Source: Nageia nagi
Taxonomy: Eukaryota; Plantae; Pinophyta
Direction: 5' to 3'
DNA: 64,000 nt
Assembly: GCA_050084985.1 (NCBI GenBank)
Contig: JBITNC010000002.1
Coordinates: 3,410,001 to 3,474,000, forward strand
Shown here: positions 51,429 to 64,000 of the stretch, piece by piece
How positions within the stretch are numbered: position 1 is the stretch's first letter
Layout of the letters: the number at the start of each line of letters is the position of its first letter
The notes under the pieces: model-generated
Seen by the model: the letters and a program-made list of their open reading frames with translations, nothing else
Databases searched by the model: none
What the model was told of the DNA's origin: nothing
Position numbers and translations under genes: made by a program

Positions 51429-51623
51429 TATTTACATTGAGTAAATTATTTACATATATGAGAGAGTTGTTGTGACACACCCTCGATACCATGAGTCTGT
51501 GAAACTTGAATCCAAGTCTCCACACCTAAACTGAATATCTCCATCAGTAGTCCAAACCCCTTGGGCTACCATCTCTCTTAATCTTTACTTCTCATATATT
51601 TGTTTAACAATAACATCACTTTA

Positions 51624-53200
51624 TTTTTTTGGTCAAGATCACTAGTAAATTAAGGGGGTTATATACAAAAACCCAAAACTTATATTTAAAAATTTACATT
51701 AGTTTCGATAACTTTCCACTATTTATTTCAAAGTGAATTTACTAAAGGTTACATGGTGACCCAAAAAAGGGGAACCCATTTCTGACATATTTCAATCTTT
51801 TAGAGAATCTTTAACCCTCAACCTTCTATATTCATCAAAAGAATCATGTTTTATTTCAAAAGGCCTAACATTCTCATCTTTCTCACACACCCAAAACCAT
51901 TCAATGTTGATTGCTTTTCTTCTACTACAACCTTGGCTATTCTTTTTTAATGAACCTTTCCTTCACTTATGTGTCTAGGATTATTTTATCATGTATCATC
52001 CAATCTCTTTGCACTCCTTATGCATTGACCATTATGTGGGGAAAATTAGGTTTCCTTTGTAATTATATCTTCATTTGAATTCTTATTTATCTCCCTTCCA
52101 TTCTCTACATTATATTTTATCGATGCTAGAATCCCATCCTTGCTTAAGCATCTTCTTTTGTTTATGATTGTCTACTAAGTTCCCTCCTCTCTAAGTAGGT
52201 TCTTTTCTTGGTCTTCCAAGATAGGGTTCATATTGGACACAACTTCAACCATGTGAGTTTCATTATCTTCTATTTATGGTTCTACAATATTCCCTTTTTG
52301 TTGTTTAGAATCCTCCTTACCAGTTGGGGTATTATTGTTTCCTTTTTCTCCATTCAAAGAAATTTCTCTATACTCAAGATTAAATTGAATTATGTGTTAA
52401 CAAAACTTTTCTCATTCTACCTTTTCTGTGGTCATCACTTATATTGAATTGAGTCTATTACAATTTCCCTAGTTGGGAAAGATCTCTCATTATTTTCAAA
52501 TTGAGAACATGTTGGTCATAAGAAATTATTATTTTTTGTATCATAATTATTGAATCCATTCGATTGATTTTGATTCTAATATGACCATTTTAGGTACATC
52601 GATTCAACATTCTACCATGATGCATAATCTAGCCATCAAGATTCAAGCTTGAGCACCTATGACATTACCTACTGCAATTAACTTATGAAAGATCCTACGA
52701 TTCCTTCAAAAATATTTTGATATCCAAACTCAAATGGAAGGTGTAGAAGGGTAATACAAATTGGTATCACTTATTAAGAAATAATTCTTGCTTTCCAAAG
52801 AAGAAGACATTGATCTTAGTACATAATATGAATGTGAACATGACATAATTATTAGGCATTGTAATGATATTAAGGTTTCCCTTGATAATCCATTTCAGTT
52901 TCCCATATTCAAAATTCATCAATATTTGGGCAAAATCCAAGAAGCGTTCCAAAAAAATAGTTGCAACCTCTCTCTTCCACTTGATCAATGATGGATCATA
53001 ATATTCTAAGACATATCTTCTCACCAATATTTTTTGGTTTGGGAGAAGGTCCAATATGAACCATAACATCTTGCATAAAGAGGATCCACCAATATCACTT
53101 AGGTATCTCCATTATTAGCTTTGTATTGAGTTAACAATAGATATAAATGGTAACCATAGTATTCCAAATTAGTTTGAATTAGAGAGGGCAAAGTGTTACC
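51624..53200 (-). mobile_element. Degenerate LINE remnant (endonuclease-like pieces, T-run tail)
   Basis: T-run at about 51625 followed by GGTCAAG. Minus-strand WIIKGNLN resembles the APE motif WIxxGDFN. The first 100-150 bp are duplicated at about 46465-46612. Confidence 0.5.
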
Positions 53201-54181
53201 TCTTGAGGGATATAAGCAAGTTGGTTAATAGCAAAAGGGACAAAGGAAGTGAAGGATAACAAAAAGTATAGTGTGCTTTTTGGGGTTAAAATTGAAGTGA
53301 AGTTGAAGAATAATATCATCATGAAATGAACTACACTACATCACTTTATACACCCTTATCATTAGGATAATATATTGTGTTAATTAAATAGATTTGATTA
53401 CTTAATCAATTTTTGCATAATACAACTATTACCCTTTTAAACTAGTAGATCATAGTTAATCCATGTCTCACATTTTCTGTTATTAGAGTAAATTCATCTC
53501 TTACATTAATTATTATAAGTAATTTATTTTTGGAAACCATAATTACAAGCTACTATAAACTAAGATTTTTTCATAATCTTGCACATTTCAAAGATTAGAA
53601 GATTTGAATTTGAAGCTTCTAAAAATTTCAACCCCTATTTTTCCTAACATCTTTAACATAAACTCACATTATTTGTAATTATACAATATATACTTTTTGT
53701 TGTAGTTAAAAAATACTTTTTAAACTTTAAAAAAAATATACTTTAAAAATATTAAAATGTAAACTTAAACCTCCAAAATAAATATTACCCACTTCACTAA
53801 TTCACGTTACTTCAAAAAAAACATAGAAACATTCTCAAATTATTCCACTAAATCTTGAAATTTATAATAATAAATTTATATTTAACATTACAGTTAAACT
53901 ATAAAATGCTTCAATTGGATTCGAATCTTGCATACACAAGGACACATTTTCAACAATAATTCCACGCCTCCTCTGTCGTTTATCATGTGTGATCAATATT
54001 TACATAACCAGCCGGAGTGGGAGATTCAATGATGGATCATCGGACACAGGACTACTAGAGCCCAACAGATCGAACAATATACAGGAATACATACATGCAG
54101 TTGGGGAACAACCCAAAACATGTTTTTTGGGAAGTTAAATATGGAAGGAATCATGCTGGGTAATGTATCTGTATGTTAGCA

Positions 54182-55928
54182 TTAGCAACGAGCTCCTTTC
54201 CTGCATGACAACGCTCCTGCGTTTTGAGTAAGACTTCCCACCATAGAAGACGGCCTTGACAATAAACTCGACGCCTTTGCATAGCTCGCCGACGCCCCAC
54301 CTCCAGACGGAATGAAATACGCTCCGTTCAACATCAAATCCCCCTCCGACCTCCAATTCCATCCTCTCCAATCATTTGGATTGTTGTCCTCCCGTTTGGT
54401 GACCTGAAAATCACCATGAACATTTTCTCATATTACAACACAGAGAATCAATTAAGTCATACCATTACAACTGTAATTGTGTTTACGAACATTTCATCTG
54501 TAATATATTCCAAAAAGTTGTGAAATCTTAGAAGCTACAATAAAATAAATATTGTAAGGATCTATAATCATATAATACTACCACTTTCATAATTGAACCT
54601 CCAACAAAGACCTTCGATCGAAGATAGAAAAAATATAGTGTTGTGGAATGAATACGTACCTCTTTGGCAAATGGGTTGTTGGGTGCGAGGAAGCGGTTGC
54701 CCTGACTATTAATGGTGGGTCTGGCACTGCCTCCAATGGCGTACATTTCCCAGTGAGTGTAGTCATTGTTCACCACATGAAAGTACCCATGCCGGCACCT
54801 GCATTAAAAACCCAGTCACTTGCACTACTACTAAGTACTACCAATGTATTTGAGATTGCACAGAATCTGGTAGAGGTTTTATTAGTTCTTACCTTGGCAT
54901 TCTTTGCACAAGTCCTTCACCAAAGTGATTGAAGGCAATGGTGACCTGCATGTTGACGTCGAGAGCGTAGCTATCGCTGTGCCCCAACAACATCACCTCG
55001 TTGTGGTGAGTGAAATAATTGTTGGAAATGGTGATGGCTGTAGATCCCATGATGGCGTCGATGAGACCGTCAGCGCATCGAGACAGAGAACAATGATCCA
55101 CCCAGATGTGACTCGCCCCGAAGATGGAGACCCCATCACCGTCGGCCATGGTTCTCCATCCGTAATGCGTGGGAGAGTCCCTCACCATGGCGTTTCCTGT
55201 AGATTTGCAGTCGTGAATGTTGATTCCATGGATTATGATGTTGGTCACGAATTGTATCGTAATGCAGGCACCGTTTGCAATGTGGACGTTCACGCCACGG
55301 CCATCGATGGTCTTGAAGCTGTTCATGATGAGCTCCTGCTTGAGCTGGATGACCATGTCGCGCTCGAAGATGATCCACAGCGGCTCAGTTTGGATGACGG
55401 CGTAGCGCAGAGTGCCCGGGCGAGGGTTCACGACATCCTCATCGCTCGCGTCCGTGACCACATAGAACCTTCCATTCTTTCCTCCGATGGCATTTCTTCC
55501 AAACCCAATGCTGCAGTCAGCAAGCCTCTTTCTATTGCTCTCCCAGCTCGGATCGCACCTCCAGCAATCATCGATGGGATTCCCCGTTCCACATGACAAA
55601 TAACCCAACTCTCGCCTCGTACTGTTAATACTCCTGCAAATTTATCCATAACACATACAGTAAGCACTAAGCTCAGACACAAAATAACAAACAAAGAAAA
55701 CAAAAGGAAAACCCAGCTTGATACATACTTGTGAACTGTTTCAGCTACGCTATCGGGATCTTTCTCAGAGGAATAGTAGTTAACATTCTCAGCAGCATTG
55801 CTTCCTCGCCTCAATACAATTCCAGCCAATTTCTCAAACAGGCCCAGCTCTTTTTCAGCCCCAACATTACATTGGACAAACAGGATCCACGCCAAAAAAA
55901 CCCAACCCACAAAACTTTGAATGCCCAT
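54182..55928 (-). CDS. Pectate lyase (PL1) PL-C, 433 aa. Exons 55928-55729, 55633-54893, 54798-54660, 54403-54182
   Basis: Open spliced ORF of 1302 nt with GT-AG introns and signal peptide [24 protein letters not shown]. Motifs [39 protein letters not shown]. Canonical C-terminus [12 protein letters not shown]. Confidence 0.96.
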
Positions 55929-56021
55929 TACTCGAATTCTTCAACTCCAAATTCAAAAACTCTAAAATTTCAAAGAGGGAAAAGCAAGATGGAATGTATC
56001 ACAGTGCTGCTAGAGACCTTT

Positions 56022-56470
56022 CTCTTATAGCCAGATTCCGGCAGAACTTGTGCGCTTGCATACAAACATCCCAAATTTGTATTTTAATATTGGAACATGA
56101 ACAGGAAGTGTGAAATGGGCCCCGCCCTGGCTATGACCCTCGTGGGCAAACACTGTGACTCTCCAATAACAGATAGCATTGTGGGCGTTGTGGAAAAGCC
56201 ATGTTTGACGGGCAATAACAGCCCATGTCTTTCACGATAATGCCAAAAAAGGTCAAGGCATGGTGGGCCCACCCGGGAAAGTGGATCGGCACAACCGTTA
56301 GAACATGTGCATGTCGACTGTGATGTGACGTGGGACGTGGGTCCACCACTTCAAAACTGAGGCGGACAACGTGGCAACATGACATTTGCACGACTTCGAA
56401 AGGCCTGAAGGTGACAGGTCTACGAATGGCTGTGTGCTAAGAAACATGTGGGGCTTCACTAATCCGTCAA
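56022..56470 (-). promoter_or_regulatory. CpG-retaining PL-C promoter: TATA-like box plus a TCP/site II and ACGT (G-box/ABRE-like) cluster
   Basis: TATAAGAG at 56029-56022. Palindromic GTGGGCCCAC at 56263-56272, TGGGCCC at about 56116, GTGGGTCC at 56337-56344. TGACGTGG at 56326, GACGTGG at 56334, ACGTGGC at 56369-56375. Confidence 0.65.
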
Positions 56471-56559
56471 ATAAAGATGTTTTCTATCTAGAGCTTTATA
56501 TTTCTTTTGGATAGAAATTTTTTTTGTCTTACTAAAAGGAAAATTTGGTATAGAAGTCA

Positions 56560-59500
56560 TAGGTATTTGTTCTCTCAAATTCATTTTGAATTTACATTTG
56601 ATTTTACCATATTTCTAGTTTCTTAATAGGATTAAAAGTTGGGGTTTTTCATTTAGATCTTAAACATATCTTTTTTATCCTTCAACTCTATTAAATAAGT
56701 TTATTTTTTATATATATTTCATTGATATAAATAATATTGAAAATATAAGTTTTCAAATTGTATTGTGTAATGAATGAGGGTTTAGATAAATATGTTTTAT
56801 CACATCTTACTTCAATAGCATTTGTTGATCAAACATGTTGGAGTAAAGATCTTGAGCATAAATCTTCATGTCTAATGTTTGTAATATTACTTTTTATTCT
56901 TGTAGAGTTACTTGCAGTTGAAACTTGTTAAAATATATCATTCATCTTTGGGAGGATATAAGTCTTAGTACAAATATTCAATTGAGGAAAAAAATATGCC
57001 ATTAGAAAGCTAGTGAAAACACCTTTGCCTATCTTTGTTGAAGATTTGACGTTCATTTTTTGCTATTCTAATTGTATGCTTCATTTTTATCAATATATTA
57101 GAGTGGATATTCCCCACACTAGGGTTTTTCCACTATAAAAATATATAAGGTTATGTTATTTTATGTGTGTGCATTCATGTTAATTGGTTTTTTTAATTAT
57201 TTTGGGGATAATCAATATATTGTTCATATTAAGGAGATAGAGTAAATTTTTCTTAAAAAAAAAATCAAATTTTGAAGTTGAAGATCCAAAAATTATTTTA
57301 AGGATAATCAATATATTGTTCATATTAAGGAGATAGAGTAAATTTTTATTAAAAAAATATTTTAAAGTTTAAATTTGAAGATCCAGAAAAATATAGTTTA
57401 CTTGTAATTATAGATCACATGGTATCAAATCTTAAGTTCATTTAGGAGGCTTGTGTATGTAGGGTAGAAAGGTTCATGATTATAATTTCCATAATAATCC
57501 AAAAATTGGAAGAAGGTTGAAAAATAATTCCATGGAGGAAAAGCAATCAAGAACAAGAATAAGTTAAATTGGCAACCTATCTTCAAACCTTTGGTGGGTA
57601 AGTCACCAAGGATAGGTTTGATATCTTATCATATACATACTTTTCATATCATGATGTTTAATGTTTATATTTGACATATCTTGTGCAAAAATGTTTCTTG
57701 TCTAAATTATTTTCAAGTTCCTTTGTCTTTTCCTTGTATTGCTCCTATGATGAGAAGTCCATCATGTCAAAACCAAGCAAAAGAGGGGGCATAATATAGG
57801 TGAAAAACTAGGGCATCCAAAGCTACTAATATGAGATAACTTTTCAAGGAGTACTTTCATATTTTTCTTGTTATACTTTGAATTTATGCTTCAATTATAT
57901 TTATTCCCAAAAGTATCAAATCATATTCAAAGTGGGGCATCTATTAACACTTAAAAAGTAATTTTAATTTAATTAAAAATACCCTTTTAGGTATTTGAAA
58001 TTATTTATTTACTTATTTAAATAAATGCTCTTATCATCGTGCACTCTCATATACCTTTATATTTTATGATAACCGATCAATTTGACATTACAATAAGCCT
58101 AAGGAGGAGCCTTGGCACTTGACCTGTTACCTATAAAGGTGAAGGGGTTGTGAATAAATAATTATGACATGATCTTGAATCCTTGATAGATGGAAATTAC
58201 TTATTTCATTCTTGATTAATGTTTCTTAACACCACCTATCATACATAGATTTTGTTATACATTGATCTTTGCATTCTCGCAATCTTTTACATCCATTTAC
58301 ACATGATATTTTGAGCTTCAGAGGAACTACGATGACATCGAGAAAAAGTTAAGATATCCCAGAAACGTAATCGGGTGATGCCATTGGGATCCTATCATTA
58401 GTGCTAGGTTGAAGTTAGATTGGTGGCTTCATTCTTCGGGAAAGCTCATTGTTCATCTTCTTCTAGCTGAATATCACCTTTGTTCATCATGATAGGTAAA
58501 GTATAGGTTTGTATCTTTCATAAATCTAGTTTGATATGTTAAGGTCAATTAGGTCATTTTCATCTTTCATGTCATCATTCACTACTATTTCATGGTTAAT
58601 TGACTAAAGTGAATATGTTATAAATAAACTTAATTATTATTATTTCAATTATAACAATTACTATGAAAAATAGGTATCTGACACCTTATATTGATGATCT
58701 AATAGATTAATTACAAGGAAAAACTATTTTTCTTGTTGGATTCGAGGAGTGGATATCATTAAGTGAGAATCAAGGAGGAGGACATTTAGACTGCATTCAA
58801 AACTAGGTAAAGTTTATATAAGTGGTTAGTTCTTTTTAATTTTTGTAATGCACTAGCCACCTTCATGAAGGTGATGAATGAAGTTCTAAGAAATTTTATT
58901 GATTATTTTATTATTATTTACTTGGATGATACTCTCGTTTATAACCAATCTTAGGAGGATTACTTGGTACATTTAAAACAAGTGTTGTAAACTTTGCAAA
59001 AAGAGAAATTATTGTTGAAGATGTAAAAATTTAAATTTGGAAAATAGTTTTTAGCATATCTAGGATATATTGTAGGTAAATGATAGTGGAAGATTGACCC
59101 TAAAAAAGTTAAAGCCATTATGGAGTGGACAAAACCAAACAATGTCAATAAGACAAGAAGTTTCTTGGAAGCTATCTAATATCTAAGAAAATTTATTTAT
59201 GATTTTTTACTATTTTTCCTCCATTACATGATATTATTGGTATTAAATATGGATTTCAAAGGGGTATTAAATAGTAGATATATTTTAGTTTGTTGAAATA
59301 GAAAATTATCTATGCTTCGATGTTAGCATTACCAAACTTGCAACATCCATTTGAGATTATTATAGATGCAAGTGAGTATGCCATTGTGGCAATTTTGTTA
59401 TAAGGAGGAATACTGATATATTATCATTGAGAAAATTTGAGTAGGGCACTCTTGAAGTATCCTACATATGATAAGGAATTATATGCATTGGTGCAAGAAA

Positions 59501-60420
59501 TTTAAAGAAGTGGAAGCATTGCTTATTACGAAAGAAGAATATTATCTATATTGATCATCAACCTTTGCAATACCTATAAACTCAATCAAAATTGCAACAA
59601 TCAAGATATTTTAGATGGATAAACTTCTTGCAATAATTTTATCTAATCATTATGTATAAAAAGAGCAATACAAATAAAAATGTAAATATGTTTTCTAAAG
59701 CATCAATAAAAGTTTTAGCTATAAGTATAATCATGAATCTTTATCCTTTTGTTCATGAGGCATATAAGGAAGCAAATTTAATTGAAAGATATTTTAAAGA
59801 GGTTTATCAAAATTATAGCAATTACCAAAATTAGATAATACTTTAGAAGCATCAATGGGATATTTTTCAATACCATCACTAGGATAAACTATGACAACAT
59901 CATTGGATAGCAGGGATACAATCAACTATTGCACAAAGGATGGACTTATTTGTAAGTTGGATACGTTGTGTATCATAAAATGATAAATAATTTAGTTTAT
60001 TAGAGGGGCATACATATTATGTATAATTATACATTTTGGGGTAGAAAAGATAGTTACAAATCTACAAAGGTATGTTTATTACCCCAATATGCAAGAATAA
60101 GTTTCAAAGTATATTTACGGTTGTCTAATGTGTTGTATTAGCAAGATTAGCAATAGGAAAATGAATTTATAAATGCCACTTAAAATTCCTAATAGACCTT
60201 GGGAATGTAATTTTATAGAATTTTGTGTGGATTTCCTATATCTAGAAAGGGGAATGATTATTTATATGTAGTAATGGGTAAATTTAGCAAATTATGTATG
60301 TTAATCCTTGCAAGAAAAACATAACATGCCAAGATGTAACATATTTATTCTTTTCTTATGTTTGAGTTCACTTTGGGTTTCTTATTTTTCTCTATATAGT
60401 ATATGATAGGGATTCATGAT
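56560..60420 (+). mobile_element. Degenerate Ty3/Gypsy element (LTR to about 57417, PBS 57420, RT-RH-INT remnants)
   Basis: GATCA then TGGTATCAAA. About 96-bp tandem duplication at 57206/57302. RT KNRYL..YIDDL, SGYH*VRI, YLDDTLV; RNase H DASEYAI, YPTYDKELYALV; integrase IPNRPWE. Left boundary uncertain. Unrelated sequence lies at about 57600-58560. Confidence 0.8.
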
Positions 60421-60639
60421 TTATGCTTTCTTTTGATGTGAAATATTGAATTCTTTATCATTTAAATGATGTTGGTGTTATTACAATATATTATAATAAG
60501 CTGGCTAAATTCCATTCCCAAGTCTTCAAATAATTTAACCATCCAAATGGATGGAGTGCAACCAAAGGGGGAAGCCATATATTTTCCTTTAGGAATGGAA
60601 AGAGAAATTATATGTTGCCTCTTATTGCTCTAATAAATT

Positions 60640-63600
60640 AGTAATTAATTCAAAAAGAAGGCATACACAGATATATTTTGTATATAATCAAGGCTTCCAA
60701 CCCAATCAACATCCATGTATGCTTCAAGAGTTTTAGATTTAGTAGCTTTATACCATATACCAAAAGTTTTGGTACCACTTACATCTTGCAAAATTCTTTT
60801 GGTTTCTTTCTAATGAGGTTTTTGTGAAGAATGCATGAATCTTGCTCCTAAACTAACTACAAATATATTATCAAGTTGGTTAGTTGTGAGATACATCAAG
60901 TTATACACAAGATATCTATACAAGCTTGCATCAATAAGAGGAGTAGAATCTTATCTCATCAGTTTACAACCAACGACTATTGGAGTACCGATCGGTTTGC
61001 ACTCCTTCATGGAAAATATTACAAGCATAATACCAACATACTTTGTTTGAGTGATGAAAATTCCACTGGATGACTATTTGACTTGTATACTAAGAAAATA
61101 TTACATTTCATTCATTTCAAATTCATTCACCACGGTAATAAACTTTTCTTCAATAGGGTATTGGAACTACTCATGAAGATAATATCATCAATATATAAAC
61201 ACATCATTATGAAATTAGATCCAATTACCTTAGTGTACAATGTGTCTTCCATTTAAAATGTTTTATAACCACTTTTATTGAAGTAGGTATGAATTCCAGA
61301 GTATTAGGCTCTAGGTACTTTCTTGAGCCTATAAAGAGTTTTCTTTAATTTGTACACTTTATCTTCATGGCATGCAATGGAAAATCCTTGTGATTTATCC
61401 ACATATACTTCTTATTCAAATTCTCCATTGAATAAGGCTAATTTTATAGCCATTTGGAAAACAAAAAGACCAAAATTAGAAGTTAATTTTTGAAAAGATT
61501 TGATTATCTCGAGTCTTTCAATTAGTCTCTTCATAGTCTAGGACTTCTTTCTGGATATAACTTTTCTCTTCTAAGTGGTATTTATGCTTGGAAATATTTT
61601 CATCAATATTATACTTCAATTTATAGATCCATTTGACTCTAATAAAATTTTACTTCTTTGCACAAGTTACAAGCTCCCAAGAGTCATTATTTTGGATAAA
61701 ATCTATCTTAGCTTCCATATCCATTCTTCAATCTTCATTTTTTGTTTCTTATTTAACTCTAAAAGGATCTTAAAAAGAATATGGCATCAAGCCATGGTTG
61801 ATCATATGATCACCCCCCCATTGATTTTTATTGAGTCACTATTCTAGTGAAACCTTCATCCAAAATTTGAGTTTTTCGATAATACTAGATAAGCCTTTTC
61901 TTGTAAGGGGTTGTCATCAAAGAGATGTTAGGATTTTGAGGATATAATAGCTCAACTGGATCATTAAAACTAGAGGCTTCAAACTTTGAATTGATGGTTG
62001 GTCCATATGACTCCCTTATGTATGATCCCCCTTCATTAAATATCACATCTTGGTTGATGTGCAACTTCTTGGCAATTGAATCATAATAGTTGTAGGCTTT
62101 GGATTCATGAGGGTATCCAACAAAGATACACATGATGGATTTTTTATCCAATTTATTTATGTTCTATTTAGGAACATGCACATAATAAGTTAAACCAAAG
62201 ATCCTTATAAGATGTGCAATACTTAGTTTCTTTCCAAACCAAGCCTCATAAAGGGATGAATATTACATAATTTTTATTTGCAATAATTCAAAATATAAAT
62301 AATTATGTGATTAACTTCATCCCATAGTTTTTTTCCATACCCATTTCTTTCAACATGCATCAGGCCATCTCAAAAATATTAGATTCTTTCTCTAGGCCAC
62401 TAATCCATTTTGTTGGGGACTGTATATTGTTGTGTGCTACCTCTTAATCCCATAATTATTGTAGAAATATTTTAACTCATTTGAAATGAATTCACCACCT
62501 TGGTTTGTCCAAACTTTCTTGAGGTTTTAGTTTGATTACTTTTTTACTATTACTTTGTATCTGATAAAATAATCAAAAGCATATGATTTTACCTATAACA
62601 AGCACAACCAACTCATTTTGGAATGATCATCATATAAAATAAGCATATATTTACACTTGGTCATGCTTGGAGTCTACATAGGTTTGCATAAGTTGGCATG
62701 CACTAATTCTATGGGATTTTAGGCTCTATTTTGGTGGTGCGCAAATCTTTTTCTAGGTTATTTCTCAATTTTGTAACTCTCACATAAAGTTTCTGATGGG
62801 TGTAAAAAACTAGGCATATATTTCAAAAAGCTTGCAATCCACATAATAAGTTGAAATTAAGGTGTCCAAACCTCTTATACCATAACTAAAAAGAATCAAT
62901 GGTGGTATTTAGGCATTTTATAGAAGCTAATTGCATTTTCAACATTTACATTCTATTCTTAAACATGAGAATAATGGCAACTACTTGGCAATTAATCTCA
63001 ATTGTAATTATACACCTCTTATTTGTAAAGACTACCATGTATTTTTTTAAGCCTAAATAACTAATGCTTAATAGATTATGCTTCATCATAGAACATATAA
63101 AGTATCATGCATATGTATGATCTTACTAATAAATTTCTTTAAAAGTGACAGAACCTTTTCTAGAAGTGCTAACATGATTGTTATCATCAAACTTCACTTG
63201 ACCAAAGATATTTTCTTTGAGTTTTACAAATAGGTTCTTTTTCCCAATCATATTATTTGAACAACCACTATTAATGTACCAAATATGATCATCAATAACT
63301 TCAAATTTATTGTGAGTAGTGAAGAAATTTGTATCACCTTGCTCTTCATTGTAATTGGCTTTTTATTGATTTTCTTGTATGTAGCATTACTGCTCTATGT
63401 GATCATATTTTTTATAAAAATTATAATTTTTCTAGGATGATCTCTAGCTTTTATTGGTTTATCAACTTCTTCCTCTATCATATTTGCCTCTTCCATGACA
63501 TCTACCACCATGACCTCTTTCATGGCCTCTTGAAGAAGATTTTGAAATGGAGGAAGTAGATAAATGGTCATTCAATATCATCTTTTCTTGGAATTATTTA

Positions 63601-64000
63601 TCAAGGTTATATGACCTTTATTTAATTCTTTGCTAATAATTTTGTAAGCTTCAATGTAACTCAACTAAATTAAGCTAAGATAATTCCTTAGAATCCTCAA
63701 TGGTAATGTTGTATGATCAAATTTTCTTGTAAGGCTTATCAATACCTTCTCCATGATATTAGTTTCATCTACTTCCTCATCATGTGAATGAATATCATTT
63801 ACTAAATTTTGAACTTTAATTATTAATATCTCAATGGTATCATTGTAATTCATTTTTTAAAAATTTAAAATCCATATGTAAGAGTTGAAGCTTAGCTACT
63901 CTTACCTTAGATGATTCCTTGTAGGCACTTTTAGGAGTCTCTAATGTTTCCTTTAAAAATTTACATTTTGCATTCTTAGGGAAGATAAACATATCTATTT
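60640..64000 (-). mobile_element. Degenerate Ty1/Copia gag-pol, running off the right end of the window
   Basis: Minus strand: gag (NIMEKVLISLTRKFDH), integrase region (DKKSIMCIFVGYPHESKAY), RT remnants and RNase H start (AYMDVDWVGS). Confidence 0.85.

Noticed and set aside
54904-55596. Long antisense and alternate-frame ORFs over the PL genes (also 9249-9876, 37256-37759, 10490-10786)
   Set aside because: Shadow ORFs produced by GC-rich codon usage in real exons; no independent gene signals.

Overview
AT-rich, repeat-dense nuclear DNA from a land plant, probably a non-angiosperm vascular plant (inference from the transposon families and heavy C>T/G>A decay). The only host genes are three pectate lyase (polysaccharide lyase family 1, PL1) paralogs. 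PL-A (+, 9140-10667) has a 1-nt frameshift. PL-B (-, 36465-37993) has an intact 396-aa ORF and is a near-identical inverted copy of PL-A. PL-C (-, 54182-55928) is a divergent, canonical 433-aa copy. PL-A and PL-B are the arms of an inverted duplication. About 22 kb of the 25.8 kb between them is old, nested transposons: two L1 LINEs, two Copia elements, a MULE, MITEs, a SINE and a 269-bp mini-LTR element. The genes themselves differ by only about 1%, which suggests arm-to-arm gene conversion or a recent re-copying event. Both have several kb of tandemly reiterated upstream AT-rich modules, including a gene-less copy of the proximal promoter. Other notable items are three ~1-kb elements with GRG..CYC-type ends and 4-bp TSDs (Sola2-like), and a LINE family with a conserved 3' stem-loop and (TTTC)n tail. 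The right third is Gypsy, Copia and LINE debris around PL-C. All identity figures are estimates by eye.
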